This document shows, piece after piece, positions 17,587 through 28,221 of a stretch of DNA of 64,000 bases. Source of the DNA: Bacteroidales bacterium (lineage in GTDB: Bacteria; Bacteroidota; Bacteroidia; Bacteroidales; UBA3824). The position numbers were made by a program, and so were the translations under genes. The stretch lies in NCBI GenBank assembly GCA_017544805.1, contig JAFYDK010000122.1, forward strand, positions 1,764 to 65,763. The letters are read 5' to 3'. The notes beneath the pieces are model-generated. The model had not been told where the DNA came from. It did no database searches and saw nothing but the letters and a program-made list of their open reading frames with translations. How positions within the stretch are numbered: the stretch's first letter is position 1; each line of letters starts with the position of its first letter.

Positions 17587-18143
17587 ACGGAGAATTTATG
17601 AATGAAGAGATAATAATAGCCGGATTTGGCGGACAAGGTGTTTTGTCGATGGGCAAAATACTTGCGTATTCGGGTTTAATGCAGGGTTTGGAGGTGAGTT
17701 GGATGCCTTCATACGGTCCTGAAATGCGCGGCGGAACGGCTAATGTTACCGTTATTTTGAGTACAGAAAGAATCAGCTCGCCGATTTTAACGGCTTTTGA
17801 TACGGCTATAATTCTTAATCAGCAGTCGTTGGACAAATTTGAAAATACCGTTAAACCTGGTGGACTTTTGATTTACGATCCTAACGGTATTTCAAGACCG
17901 CCGGAGAGAACGGATTTGAGAATTTATTCGGTAGAGGCTTCAAAAACGGCTAACGAAAAAAATATGCACAAGATTTTCAACATGATAGTTTTGGGCGGTT
18001 ATTTGAAAGTTAAACCCGTAGTTTCTTTGGATTTCATCGAAGCCGGCTTGAAAAAATCATTACCGGAAAGACATCACAAGCTTATTCCTGCAAATTTAGA
18101 AGGAGTAAAATTAGGCGGTGAAATAATTAACCGTGTAAACTAA
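17583..18143 (+). CDS. 2-oxoacid:ferredoxin oxidoreductase gamma subunit
   Basis: IIIAGFGGQGVLSMGKILA motif. ATGA overlap with the beta subunit stop. Confidence 0.9.
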   Translation: MNGEFMNEEIIIAGFGGQGVLSMGKILAYSGLMQGLEVSWMPSYGPEMRGGTANVTVILSTERISSPILTAFDTAIILNQQSLDKFENTVKPGGLLIYDPNGISRPPERTDLRIYSVEASKTANEKNMHKIFNMIVLGGYLKVKPVVSLDFIEAGLKKSLPERHHKLIPANLEGVKLGGEIINRVN

Positions 18144-18219
18144 AGAGAAAAAAACAGTTTTTTATTAAAAATTATCTTTGTTTGAATCTTTATTAGGGTT
18201 CTAACGAAGATAATTTTTT

Positions 18220-20175
18220 TTATTTACCATTGTTTGCGGGTTGGTATTTCAGTTTGATGAAAAACGTAGTGCCTAAGCCCGGTTTTGATTCGAGCCAAAT
18301 CTCTCCGCCCATCAAGTCCACAAAACCTTTACTGATTGTTAAACCTACGCCTACACCGCTGTATTTACGTTCGAGGACGTTTTCGTCTTGCATAAAGGAG
18401 GTAAAAATTATGCTGTGCAATTCTTTTCTGATACCGATTCCTGTATCAGAAATTGTGAATAATAAATTGCCGTTACTCATCGAATAACTGAGTTTTACGC
18501 CGCCGGTTTCTGTGAATTTTATACCGTTTGAAACTATTGAACGCAAAATTCTTTCTAATTTCGGTTTGTCGCCGATGATATTTGCCGCCTTGTCGTCAAG
18601 GCCTTTTTCTACCATGAGATAGATATTTTTGATTGTAGCCTCGCCGATTAATTCCGAGTAGACTTTATCTATCAAATGATTGAGATTAAGCGGCATCGGA
18701 TTCAGTTTAGTCTGTTTTGTCTGAAGTTTTGCAACATCTTTTATGTCATTGACAACAGATAGTAACTGATTGCAACCCAAATTTATCATTTCCATAAATT
18801 TGGCGTTTTTTTCGTCGAAATCGTAATGAGAAAGCAGTTTGCTAAAACCCATAATCGAATTTAGCGGCGTGCGTATTTCATGCGAAATATTGCCTAAAAA
18901 CAATGATTTCAAACGTTCGCTTTCTTCGGCTTTTTCTTTTGCTTCTTTTAGATCTCTTTTGTAATTTCTCTCTTTGATTTCCGAAAGCATAAACGGCGAG
19001 ATGTAAGTTGCAAGCGATTTTATGTAATTCATCTCTTTTTCCGAATACCCCGTCGGACAATCAGAAGTACCGATAATGCCTATCACATTATTTTCCTCGC
19101 TTATAATGGGAGTTGCCAAAACGACTTTGTGTCCTAAAATGTTAGTATCGATTTCCTGCTTTAATGAGTATTGAGCCTTAAACGAGGTGTAATCAGACGA
19201 TACCATAACTCTTTCAAAGCCGTGTTCGTCAGTTATAGTTGGGAGCGTTTCGTCTTTACGGGCAAGACAAACAATATCTCCTTTGCGTGAAAAATATCCG
19301 ATATAACCCGTCGGACTTCCCGTATTTTTTAGGACTAATTCAAGCACGGCATTATAAAGGCTGACATTGTGTCCTAAAGCAAATGCTTTAGAAATTTCAT
19401 TTTTGACGATAAGGTCGTTTCTTATCATCATTTCAGTTTTCAAATCGTTGAAAACCGCAACACAATAGCCTCTGTACGGTATTGATGTGCAAACCTGATA
19501 TGTGGTTTGCGTTAAATTGTTGTAATAATTATTGTCGTTTGAACTGCCGATTCTTGCCGGTCTTGCAAGAATTTTTATAAGCGTGTCTTTGTTTGGCAAC
19601 CAAGTCTGACTGATGTTTTTGCCAACAATAGAACTTTTCTTGACCTCAAAAACCGATTCAAAAATAGGATTGATGTCAAGTATCTGAAAATCAACAATTC
19701 TGTGCTTGTTGCCCATTATAGCTTTTGCGTACATAAAAGCAGAAGACATATTGTCGAACAAGAGTTTAAAACCGCGTTCACCGATATTTTCCAACTTCAG
19801 AGTAGTTCTTTTGACAACGAAGAGCAATTCGTTGTTGAAAAGCGAAACTCTCAAGTAATAAGTATCTTTGTTTTCGGAAGTAAAATCGTATTCTAAATAT
19901 GGGTTTTCAACAGAGAGATTTTGGATTTTTTCGATTTTTGAGTCTTCGACATCAAAAGGAAGGACTTTGAAAACACTATCGCCTATTATAGTTTGTTGAT
20001 AACGAAAAAACTGTTTTGCAGTCTGATTGGCACATTTTACCGCAAAATTTTGTTTGTCGCACAACAAAACAGAATCCTCATGGGTATCAATCAAGTAGTT
20101 GAGAATATGATTCTCGTTTCTGCAAGTGATACCCGTGAGGTCTGTAAAAAAATTATCCTTATTTTCGATGTCCAT
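18220..20175 (-). CDS. Cytoplasmic PAS/GAF sensor histidine kinase
   Basis: H-box SHEIRTPLNSIMGF, and N/G boxes ...NGIKFT... and DTGIGI...GVGVGLTISK. No TM segment or signal peptide. The ATG at 20175 is preferred over the TTG at 20226. Confidence 0.85.
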   Translation of the reverse strand: MDIENKDNFFTDLTGITCRNENHILNYLIDTHEDSVLLCDKQNFAVKCANQTAKQFFRYQQTIIGDSVFKVLPFDVEDSKIEKIQNLSVENPYLEYDFTSENKDTYYLRVSLFNNELLFVVKRTTLKLENIGERGFKLLFDNMSSAFMYAKAIMGNKHRIVDFQILDINPIFESVFEVKKSSIVGKNISQTWLPNKDTLIKILARPARIGSSNDNNYYNNLTQTTYQVCTSIPYRGYCVAVFNDLKTEMMIRNDLIVKNEISKAFALGHNVSLYNAVLELVLKNTGSPTGYIGYFSRKGDIVCLARKDETLPTITDEHGFERVMVSSDYTSFKAQYSLKQEIDTNILGHKVVLATPIISEENNVIGIIGTSDCPTGYSEKEMNYIKSLATYISPFMLSEIKERNYKRDLKEAKEKAEESERLKSLFLGNISHEIRTPLNSIMGFSKLLSHYDFDEKNAKFMEMINLGCNQLLSVVNDIKDVAKLQTKQTKLNPMPLNLNHLIDKVYSELIGEATIKNIYLMVEKGLDDKAANIIGDKPKLERILRSIVSNGIKFTETGGVKLSYSMSNGNLLFTISDTGIGIRKELHSIIFTSFMQDENVLERKYSGVGVGLTISKGFVDLMGGEIWLESKPGLGTTFFIKLKYQPANNGK

Positions 20176-20270
20176 TGCTGAATAATTAAGACACCCCAAA
20201 GATAGAATGTTTTTTTGAAAAAACAAATATTTCTGTTATTATTTTTTCAAAAAATGAAATTTTCTATCTG

Positions 20271-21344
20271 TTATTTTTTAGGCGGCAATATTTCTCCGTC
20301 ATCAGAAATTTGCGGCAAATTGTCGTAAATATCTTCTTTCGTTAAATTCTGAATTACTTGAATTACACGTTTTTGCGAATCAATATGCGGGCCTTTGTTA
20401 GGCGGTTTGATTTGGTAAGTCGGGATAATTTTGGCTGAAATAAAATTACCCGTTTCCTTATCTATTTTAACACGGAAAATAGGAGCAAGGCCGTTAACAC
20501 CTTTGATGTTGATGTTGCTGTATGTTGCAAAATTTCCCATGCTGTAAGCGATAAATTTACCTTTATAAATCTCCACAGCCCTTGTAACGTGAGGTCCATG
20601 TCCTAAAACGATGTCGGCACCTGCATCAATAACCTCGTGAGCAAAAGCATAAACGTTGCCTCGGTTTTGACCTAAAAATGTTTCGTATTTTCTCGGTACG
20701 TGCTGATAATTAGCACCTTCAGCTCCTCCGTGAAACGATACGATAACGATTTGACAGGTGTCTTCCCTTAGTTTTTTAACCAAAGCGCAGGCGTTGGCAT
20801 GGTCTGTTATCTGAACGGTTCCTTTGTTTGGAGCAAAAGCACAAAATCCGTATTTTATGCCGTTTACAACAAACTCTGTAACAGGTTTTTCCGTAAAACC
20901 CGCCCAGTTGATTTCAAGACTATCCAAGAGGTGTTTCGCATTGGTTTTGCCTAATTCACCGAAATCGCCGCTGTGATTGTTTGCAACGCTGACAAGATTA
21001 AAACCTGCATCTTTGAAACATTTAGCGTATTTTTTCGGCATGCCGAAAGTAAAACACGTTTTTGGGTCGTTACAGTTTTTTGCTCCGGTTTTGGTGTCGG
21101 TAAAAGTACCTTCTACGTTACAAAAAACAATGTCCGAATTCTCAAAATACGGTTTTACTTCGTCTAACAAATGACTTGCATCGTTGTTTGGCGGACAATA
21201 CGACATATCCGGCACAATACTGCCCAACATTATATCGCCGACAGCTGTAATTGTCAGTGTATCAACTTTTGGGGTTGCATCTTGGGCGTATGTGCCGCCG
21301 CAAAACATTGCTGCTGAAAAAACAGTAAATAAAAGTTTTTTCAT
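20271..21344 (-). CDS. CapA-family metallophosphatase-like protein (secreted)
   Basis: Signal peptide, then ITAVGDIMLG, VSVANNHSGDFG, VSFHGGAEG and LGHGPH motifs of the PGA_cap/CapA family. The ATG at 21344 is preferred over the GTG at 21362. Confidence 0.8.
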   Translation of the reverse strand: MKKLLFTVFSAAMFCGGTYAQDATPKVDTLTITAVGDIMLGSIVPDMSYCPPNNDASHLLDEVKPYFENSDIVFCNVEGTFTDTKTGAKNCNDPKTCFTFGMPKKYAKCFKDAGFNLVSVANNHSGDFGELGKTNAKHLLDSLEINWAGFTEKPVTEFVVNGIKYGFCAFAPNKGTVQITDHANACALVKKLREDTCQIVIVSFHGGAEGANYQHVPRKYETFLGQNRGNVYAFAHEVIDAGADIVLGHGPHVTRAVEIYKGKFIAYSMGNFATYSNINIKGVNGLAPIFRVKIDKETGNFISAKIIPTYQIKPPNKGPHIDSQKRVIQVIQNLTKEDIYDNLPQISDDGEILPPKK

Positions 21345-21364
21345 AAAAGTTTTATTGTTCACTT

Positions 21365-23650
21365 TTATTTTTTCTTTTGTTTATCCGTAATAGCGTCGAT
21401 GACAGCTACTGCAACGATATTTACGATGTCGTTTACCGAAGATTCAAAATCGATGAAGTGAATCGGTTTGTTAAGACCCATTTGGATAGGACCGATGAGT
21501 TCAACGTTTTTGTTCATGGCTGCTAACATCTTATAACTTGTGTTTGCACTACCTAAGTTCGGGAAAATGAGCGTATTAACGACTTTTCCTTTGAGACGGT
21601 TGAACGGGAATGTTTTGTCGCGGAGTTCGTCGTCAATTGCAAAATTAACCTGCATTTCACCGTCGATGTCGAGTTCAGGCATTTGTTCGTGAACGATTTC
21701 AACGGCTTGATGAACGGTTGCCGGAGTTCCGACCTCGTCAGCACCGAAGTTAGAATACGAAAGCATTGCGATAACCGGCTCGTTGTTGAAGAATTTTACA
21801 GTGTGAGCCGCAAGTTTTGCTGTATCAACCAAAGTGTCTACGTCAGGGTGGCGGTTAATCAAAGTGTCAGCCAAGAAGAAAGTACCTTTTTCGGAGTTAA
21901 GAATGTGCATTGTTCCGAAATGTGTGAAACCTTCTTTTATACCGATAACATCTTTTGCAACTTGAATCGTATCTCTGTAACGGGTGTATACGCCGGTAAT
22001 GAAAGCGTCAGCCTCGCCGGTTTCTACCATCATCATACCGAAATAGTTGCGGTCAAACATTTTATCATTGGCCTCTTGGAATGTCATACCGTTGCGCTGA
22101 CGTTTTTCTGCAAGGATTTTTGCAAATTTTTCACGACGGTCTGCTTCACGGTCTGCACGAAGGTTGATAATTTCGATACCGTCAAGATTGAGTTCGAGTT
22201 CGGCAGCGATTTTTGTAATTTTTTCGGTGTTACCGAGCAAAATCGGGAAACAAATACCTTCGTTTTTAGCTTCAACGGCAGCTTTCAACATATTGGGGTG
22301 AATACCCTCTGCGAAAACCACTTTTTGTGGATTTTGTTTTGCGATATTGAAAAGTTGAGCCGAAAGTTTTGATTCATAGTCCATTAACTCTTTCAAGTGC
22401 TGACGGTAAGCGTCCCAATCCTCGATTTTCTTTCTTGCAACTCCTGATTCTATTGCAGCCTTTGCAACAGCTGAAGAAACCTCAGTGATAAGTCTTGGGT
22501 CTACGGGTTTGGGAATAAAATATGACGGACCGAATGTCAAATTATTAACATTATAAACCTTGTTAACAACATCGGGAACTCTTTGTTTTGCGAGGTTTGC
22601 GATAGCGTAAACGGCAGCGAGTTTCATTTCTTCGTTGATAGCCGTTGCTGCAACGTCCAATGCACCGCGGAAAATGTACGGGAAACCGATAACGTTGTTG
22701 ATTTGGTTAGGATAATCGCTTCTGCCCGTAGACATCAAAACATCGGGTCTTGAAGCCATAGCCTCTTCGTATGTGATTTCAGGAACGGGGTTTGCAAGGG
22801 CGAAAACGATAGGTTTTTCAGCCATTGAACGTACCATATCCTGTGTTAAAATGTTGCCTTTTGAAAGTCCCAAAAATACATCAGAGCCTTTGATTGCCTC
22901 TTCCAAAGTGTGAACATCACGTCTTGAGGTTGCAAAGAATTTCTTTTCGGGTGTAAGATTTGGACGGTCATCGGTGATAACGCCTTTTGAATCGAGCATT
23001 ACGATGTTTTCAACTTTTGCGCCTAATGCAACGTAAAGTTTTGTACAAGAAATAGCCGCAGCACCTGCACCGTTTACAACGATTTTTACGTCTTCGATTT
23101 TTTTGCCGGCAACCTCCAGAGCGTTGATAAGACCAGCTGAAGAAATAATTGCTGTTCCGTGTTGATCGTCGTGCATAACGGGAATATCAAGTTCTTCTTT
23201 CAATCGGCGTTCTATTTCAAAACATTCGGGAGCTTTGATGTCTTCGAGGTTGATACCACCGAAAGTAGGAGCAATAGCTTTAACAGCTTGAATAAATTTA
23301 TCGGGATCTTTTTCATTGACTTCAATATCGAAAACGTCAATACCGCCATAGATTTTGAAAAGCAAACCTTTACCTTCCATAACGGGTTTTCCGCTGACAG
23401 CACCTATATCACCCAAACCAAGGACAGCCGTACCGTTTGAAATAACGGCAACAAGGTTTCCTTTGTCGGTATATTTATACGCATCGTCGGGGTTTTTCTG
23501 AATTTCAAGACACGGCTCTGCCACACCGGGTGAATAAGCGAGTGAAAGGTCGGTTTGAGTTCTGTACGGTTTGGTGGGAACGACTTCAATCTTTCCCGGA
23601 CGGCCTTCTGCATGGTATTTCAATGCGGCCTCTTTAGTTATCTTTGCCAT
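21365..23650 (-). CDS. maeB: NADP-dependent malic enzyme with a C-terminal phosphotransacetylase-like domain
   Basis: 761 aa. N-terminus [18 protein letters not shown]...[13 protein letters not shown], a GxGxxG NAD(P) site and a PTA-like C-terminal half. Confidence 0.95.
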   Translation of the reverse strand: MAKITKEAALKYHAEGRPGKIEVVPTKPYRTQTDLSLAYSPGVAEPCLEIQKNPDDAYKYTDKGNLVAVISNGTAVLGLGDIGAVSGKPVMEGKGLLFKIYGGIDVFDIEVNEKDPDKFIQAVKAIAPTFGGINLEDIKAPECFEIERRLKEELDIPVMHDDQHGTAIISSAGLINALEVAGKKIEDVKIVVNGAGAAAISCTKLYVALGAKVENIVMLDSKGVITDDRPNLTPEKKFFATSRRDVHTLEEAIKGSDVFLGLSKGNILTQDMVRSMAEKPIVFALANPVPEITYEEAMASRPDVLMSTGRSDYPNQINNVIGFPYIFRGALDVAATAINEEMKLAAVYAIANLAKQRVPDVVNKVYNVNNLTFGPSYFIPKPVDPRLITEVSSAVAKAAIESGVARKKIEDWDAYRQHLKELMDYESKLSAQLFNIAKQNPQKVVFAEGIHPNMLKAAVEAKNEGICFPILLGNTEKITKIAAELELNLDGIEIINLRADREADRREKFAKILAEKRQRNGMTFQEANDKMFDRNYFGMMMVETGEADAFITGVYTRYRDTIQVAKDVIGIKEGFTHFGTMHILNSEKGTFFLADTLINRHPDVDTLVDTAKLAAHTVKFFNNEPVIAMLSYSNFGADEVGTPATVHQAVEIVHEQMPELDIDGEMQVNFAIDDELRDKTFPFNRLKGKVVNTLIFPNLGSANTSYKMLAAMNKNVELIGPIQMGLNKPIHFIDFESSVNDIVNIVAVAVIDAITDKQKKK

Positions 23651-23812
23651 TTTATAATTTTATTTTTAAACTAATTTTCGGCAAATATATTTATTTCTTT
23701 GCAAATTTTACTAATTTTGTATGTAATTTTTATGTAAAAATATTTGTATAATTGTATATTTATACAGTTAGCGGTTCAAAAAAAGTATAATTTTGCAAAA
23801 GAAGGAATCTGT

Positions 23813-24637
23813 ATGAAAAAAATATTTTTAATTTTTGCGTTTTTCTTGCAAGTTATTAATTGTTGTTCTCAAAAAATATCTCCGGATTATGATTACCGCA
23901 ATATCGGCAGTGCTAAAAAATTAAGCGGAAAAACATACGTTTTAGTGCTTTTTGTTTCTTATAAATATGCTCAAGATTGGACGAAGGAGGAGATGGACGA
24001 AATTTATCAAAAAATTTTTAATGCTTTTTCGTGGTTGAAAAAATCCGCTAAAAAATATAATTCTGAAGTTGATTTTTCGCTTTTTGTTTTGGGTGATAAT
24101 GAAAAAATAAAAATGGATTATATTCCGCAAGGTCCGTTTGAGGGCGCGTATTCTACCGAAATGTTAAAACTCGCGATGTACGAGGCGGATTATGACAAAA
24201 AATTTGATTTTGAGGAATATGCACATCAGACAATCGGGAGTGATAATTGCGTCGTTTATGTTTGTTGCAATACTTACGGACGCAGTTTTGCGCTACCGGT
24301 GAGCCTGAATTTTTTTGATTATTATAAAAAAAACGGAAGCAACCGCGACCTTTTGGAAGGATGTGTGCTTTATAAAGGTTTTGACACTTTGAGGCCTTTG
24401 TATTCTTCGGTGATAGCTCACGAAACGTTGCATCTTTTTGGGGCTGCCGATTTGTATGACGTTTACGGCGGAGATGATTCCGTATTGGACAAAAAAATGC
24501 AACGTTATTTCCCTACTTCCATAATGCGGCGCACTCCTTATGATATTGAAGATGCCGAGGTTGATAAATTAACAGCCTTTCTTGTCGGAATTTCAAGTAG
24601 TTATGAAAGCCGTTTTGACGAATTTTTAAACCAGTGA
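23813..24637 (+). CDS. Secreted hypothetical protein with an HExxH motif (putative Zn-metallopeptidase-like)
   Basis: Signal peptide MKKIFLIFAFFLQVINCCSQ. Motif SSVIAHETLHLFGAADLYD. A -7 box taattttg lies at 23788-23795. Confidence 0.5.
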   Translation: MKKIFLIFAFFLQVINCCSQKISPDYDYRNIGSAKKLSGKTYVLVLFVSYKYAQDWTKEEMDEIYQKIFNAFSWLKKSAKKYNSEVDFSLFVLGDNEKIKMDYIPQGPFEGAYSTEMLKLAMYEADYDKKFDFEEYAHQTIGSDNCVVYVCCNTYGRSFALPVSLNFFDYYKKNGSNRDLLEGCVLYKGFDTLRPLYSSVIAHETLHLFGAADLYDVYGGDDSVLDKKMQRYFPTSIMRRTPYDIEDAEVDKLTAFLVGISSSYESRFDEFLNQ

Positions 24638-24641
24638 TTCA

Positions 24642-27437
24642 TTATACAAAAAAGCCGTATTTCCCCATTATGAGTTTGAATTTCATGATGTTTATCGGTT
24701 TGGCAATAAAATTTGTACAACCGGCTTTCAAGGCGTTTTCTCTGTCGCTTTGATACGCATTAGCAGTTACGGCGATTATCGGAATCGTTATGCCTTTTTC
24801 CCTTAACATTTTGGTTGCCCAAAGTCCGTCGTATTCGGGCATGGTAATATCCATTAAAATTATTGCGTAATCTTGTGTTAAAGCTTTGTCTACTGCCTCT
24901 TTTCCGTTGTAAGCGCGGTCTATGATGTAATTATCTTTGAGATAAGTTTTTAATAATGAGAAATTTCCGTCTTCGTCCTCGGCTATCAAAACTTTTTTGT
25001 TGATAGGAGTTGTTATAACATCTTCTCCTTGCGGGGATTCGTAATCGGTCGGAGCTTTTTCAAAGATTTTGACCTCGCACGGAAACCATGCCCAAAATTT
25101 TGAACCGTGTCCTTCCTCGGATTTAAAACCGACGTAACCGCCTGCACTTTCAATAATTGATTTGCTTATTGCAAGACCTAAACCCGAACCTTGAATGTGC
25201 GGATCTATTTTTTCAAAACGGCAAAAAACTTTGTCTCTATGTTCAACCGAAATACCCGAACCCGTATCCTCAACGCTGAAATAAATTCCGTCTTCTTGGT
25301 ATTTGTAATCCATTTTAACATAACCGTTTTCTGTATTTTTCAATGCGTTTGAAACATAATTTCCCATTACTTGTTTTAATCTGTCAATATCGCCGTTGAT
25401 AATACAATGCGGATAAGGATTGCTGCATAAAAATTCCGTATTAGGATTTTTTCTGTCTTGATACGTTTCGTAAATATGACGGAACAATTTGGCAAAGTCA
25501 AAACTGCTGTATGTTAAATCCACATAACCAGCAGCTATTTTGGAGGTGTCCAAAATATTATCCAAAAGTTCCAAAAGCATATTATTGTTTTGCCTTATAA
25601 TATCGTAATACGATTTCATTTTTTCCGATTTGTTTTCTTTTGCCATGAGTTCGGAAAAACCGCAAATCGCATTCAAAGGTGTGCGTATTTCGTGATTGAT
25701 GTTGTTTAAGAATGCGGATTTCAATTTGTCGGAGCGTTCCGCATTGTTTTTAGCTTCTTTGAGTTGTTTTATTGTGGAGCGCAATTCAGAATCGTTGATG
25801 GCACTGCTGATAATGTATTTCCTGCCTTGCATATCCGTAAAAAGTGTTTTGGTGATGTGCAGGGAATATTTTACGTCGTTGAGCGTAAATTCTGTGTCAA
25901 AGGATACAGGTTCGCCGTCTTTGAGGACTTTGTTGTCCATTACGTAACACTCGTTTGATATTTTGTTGTCTCCGAAAATTTCAAAATCGTTATGGCGTTT
26001 TAGAGTGTTTTGGTTCATTTCGGTAATTTCACAAAAATTGTTGCTTGCCATAATGTAGCGGAAATCGTCTTCGGGGTCTTTAACGGTCAGCATACACGGA
26101 ACGGAATTCATAATGGTTTTTAAGAAACGGTCGGTATCTTGAGCCGAATTTATAAGTTTGTCCCATTTCGGATTGGAACTAACCACACCTTTATATACAA
26201 GAACTTTTCCGCCTGAAATTTCTTTTGGTGTGATAAAAAACTGACGGTCTGTCCATTCTCCATTTATACAAAGATTGTAACTCTCTGATGTAGTGATTAT
26301 TGCTCCATTTTTCATGCTTGAGATAATCTCTTTGTTAACATCCAAATCCTCAGGTTTTATATTCTTTAGATATTCCTCAAACGGTATTTTTTCTTTTCTG
26401 CCCGAGATTATGAGTTCGTCTTTTTTAACGTCGTAGATGAAACTTGTTATAAAACTTTTATCGGGATTGCTTTCTGTTTTTTGGGATTTGATATTGTTGA
26501 GAATGGTTCTGTACGTGATTTTGTTGCAAAGGCCTTCTATTGATACGACTTTTCCGTTTTCAAAAACGCTTCTTACCTCGGTGTTCCAATACGAATAGCC
26601 GCCTTCAACGCTTTCGTCAATGGCTCTTAAAACGAATATCGTATTTTCGGTTTTTCCTTCAATATGCTTTTGAAGGGCATCTTTTAGCATTACGATGTCT
26701 TGAGGCACAAAAAACGAATAAAAATCCTCCAATGAGCCGTAAGCACTCAATCCCGCCTCGTTTAAATATTCCATACAAGAATTTTCGATGTGATAACACC
26801 ATATTTTCAGAATGTCGAGTGCATTGATTTTGCTGAAAAGCTCTTGTGTCTTTTTTTGATACTGCAACAGATGTTCTTGCGGTGTCATGTCAATTACCGT
26901 GATAAAAATATACGGTTCGGTATCGGGCGAAATTTTTTGTTTTGAGAAAAAAACATTGAAATATTTTGTGTCGGAATTAATAGATTGATACCATTGTCTG
27001 ACATCTTCGTTTTTGAAATCTATTTTAAGGTTTACGCTTCCTGAGTCGGATTCACGGATTTTGTTGATTAAATTAGTGCTGTTTGCGGGTGAGTTCCAAA
27101 GCAGGTGTTTGTCGTCCTTAATATAATTTTCGTCCGTGATGCCAAACAAATTTATGAATTTTTGGTTCGTAAAAATTCTTTTGCCTTCACTGTTGAAAAC
27201 CGAGATTGCAAATTCAACGCTGTTGATGTAACTTGATAAAAAATCCATGAGATTGTCAATGCAATAATTTTTCGGGGCAGGACACTCGGGTTTTGAAGAT
27301 TGACTTTGATGAGTAATCTTTTCTTGATTGTTGCCATTTTTAATTTCTGTATGGCGTCTGTCTTTCAAAATTATTGCAGCAAGTATTGCTAATGCTGCAT
27401 TTGTTATGACAAGAGTAAGTAATAATGCCGTATTCAT
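24642..27437 (-). CDS. Hybrid sensor histidine kinase / response regulator (TM anchor, PAS repeats, HisKA, HATPase, REC)
   Basis: N-terminal TM segment, H-box NHEIRTPLNAICGF, G-boxes DTGSGI...GSGLGLAISK, and a C-terminal receiver ...VLIAEDE...ILMDITMPEYDG.... Confidence 0.9.
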   Translation of the reverse strand: MNTALLLTLVITNAALAILAAIILKDRRHTEIKNGNNQEKITHQSQSSKPECPAPKNYCIDNLMDFLSSYINSVEFAISVFNSEGKRIFTNQKFINLFGITDENYIKDDKHLLWNSPANSTNLINKIRESDSGSVNLKIDFKNEDVRQWYQSINSDTKYFNVFFSKQKISPDTEPYIFITVIDMTPQEHLLQYQKKTQELFSKINALDILKIWCYHIENSCMEYLNEAGLSAYGSLEDFYSFFVPQDIVMLKDALQKHIEGKTENTIFVLRAIDESVEGGYSYWNTEVRSVFENGKVVSIEGLCNKITYRTILNNIKSQKTESNPDKSFITSFIYDVKKDELIISGRKEKIPFEEYLKNIKPEDLDVNKEIISSMKNGAIITTSESYNLCINGEWTDRQFFITPKEISGGKVLVYKGVVSSNPKWDKLINSAQDTDRFLKTIMNSVPCMLTVKDPEDDFRYIMASNNFCEITEMNQNTLKRHNDFEIFGDNKISNECYVMDNKVLKDGEPVSFDTEFTLNDVKYSLHITKTLFTDMQGRKYIISSAINDSELRSTIKQLKEAKNNAERSDKLKSAFLNNINHEIRTPLNAICGFSELMAKENKSEKMKSYYDIIRQNNNMLLELLDNILDTSKIAAGYVDLTYSSFDFAKLFRHIYETYQDRKNPNTEFLCSNPYPHCIINGDIDRLKQVMGNYVSNALKNTENGYVKMDYKYQEDGIYFSVEDTGSGISVEHRDKVFCRFEKIDPHIQGSGLGLAISKSIIESAGGYVGFKSEEGHGSKFWAWFPCEVKIFEKAPTDYESPQGEDVITTPINKKVLIAEDEDGNFSLLKTYLKDNYIIDRAYNGKEAVDKALTQDYAIILMDITMPEYDGLWATKMLREKGITIPIIAVTANAYQSDRENALKAGCTNFIAKPINIMKFKLIMGKYGFFV

Positions 27438-27621
27438 AATTGGTTATCGTTTTTTTTTAGGTTTTTTCAAATTATTTTTGGGGCAAGGTAATAATAATAT
27501 TTTATTAAAAAAAATTAATTTCTCTTTTTTATTAAAATAAAATTGTGGTACGCTGTTTGCTTTTTAGGGTATAGGAAAACAGTAAATTTTAATAACTCTA
27601 TGGTCTTGATTAACTAAAAAA

Positions 27622-28095
27622 ATGAAAATTAAATTTGTCGTTATCGGTAAAACCGTGGAGAAATATTTGATTGATGCGTGTAACGAATACGAAAAAAGGA
27701 TAAAAAAATACGTCCGTTTTGAGTATATCGTGCTAAAAGACTTGAAAAATATTTCTGCTCTTACTTTTGACCAAGTCAAAGAGCAGGAGGCAAAACTTTT
27801 GGAGCCGTATATGAATGAAAATTCGTTCAAAATTATTTTGGACGAACATGGTCAGGTGTATACATCAAAAGATTTTTCAGATTTTTTGGAAAAAAAGATT
27901 GCCAATTTGTCAAAAGATATTACCTTTGTGGTCGGTGGGCCTTATGGTTTTGCCCCGAAAGTTGTCTTGAAAGCAGACGGCAAAATATCGCTCTCAAAAA
28001 TGACTTTCTCGCACCAGATGGTAAGATTAATCTTTTTGGAGCAGTTGTATCGTGCATTTACGATTATGCACAATGAGCCGTATCATCACGAGTAA
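27622..28095 (+). CDS. rlmH: 23S rRNA (pseudouridine1915-N3)-methyltransferase
   Basis: 157 aa SPOUT-fold protein. MKIKFVVIGKT... and ...FVVGGPYGF...LSLSKMTFSHQMVRLIFLEQLYRA... are characteristic of RlmH. Confidence 0.9.
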   Translation: MKIKFVVIGKTVEKYLIDACNEYEKRIKKYVRFEYIVLKDLKNISALTFDQVKEQEAKLLEPYMNENSFKIILDEHGQVYTSKDFSDFLEKKIANLSKDITFVVGGPYGFAPKVVLKADGKISLSKMTFSHQMVRLIFLEQLYRAFTIMHNEPYHHE

Positions 28096-28221
28096 AAAAA
28101 GAAGTGAAAAAAATGAATTTGGGAATTATTTTATTAAAAAGGAAAAAACTACTCAAGGAAAAAAACTAATTTAAAGGACAACTAACGGATTTTAAGAACC
28201 TTTTTTAACAAGGGAAAACAA

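Noticed and set aside
21683-22372. 229-aa plus-strand ORF, plus several shorter antisense ORFs, inside maeB
   Set aside because: They are antisense to a strongly recognisable malic enzyme gene. Their Cys/Phe/Val-rich low-complexity translation is typical of shadow ORFs.
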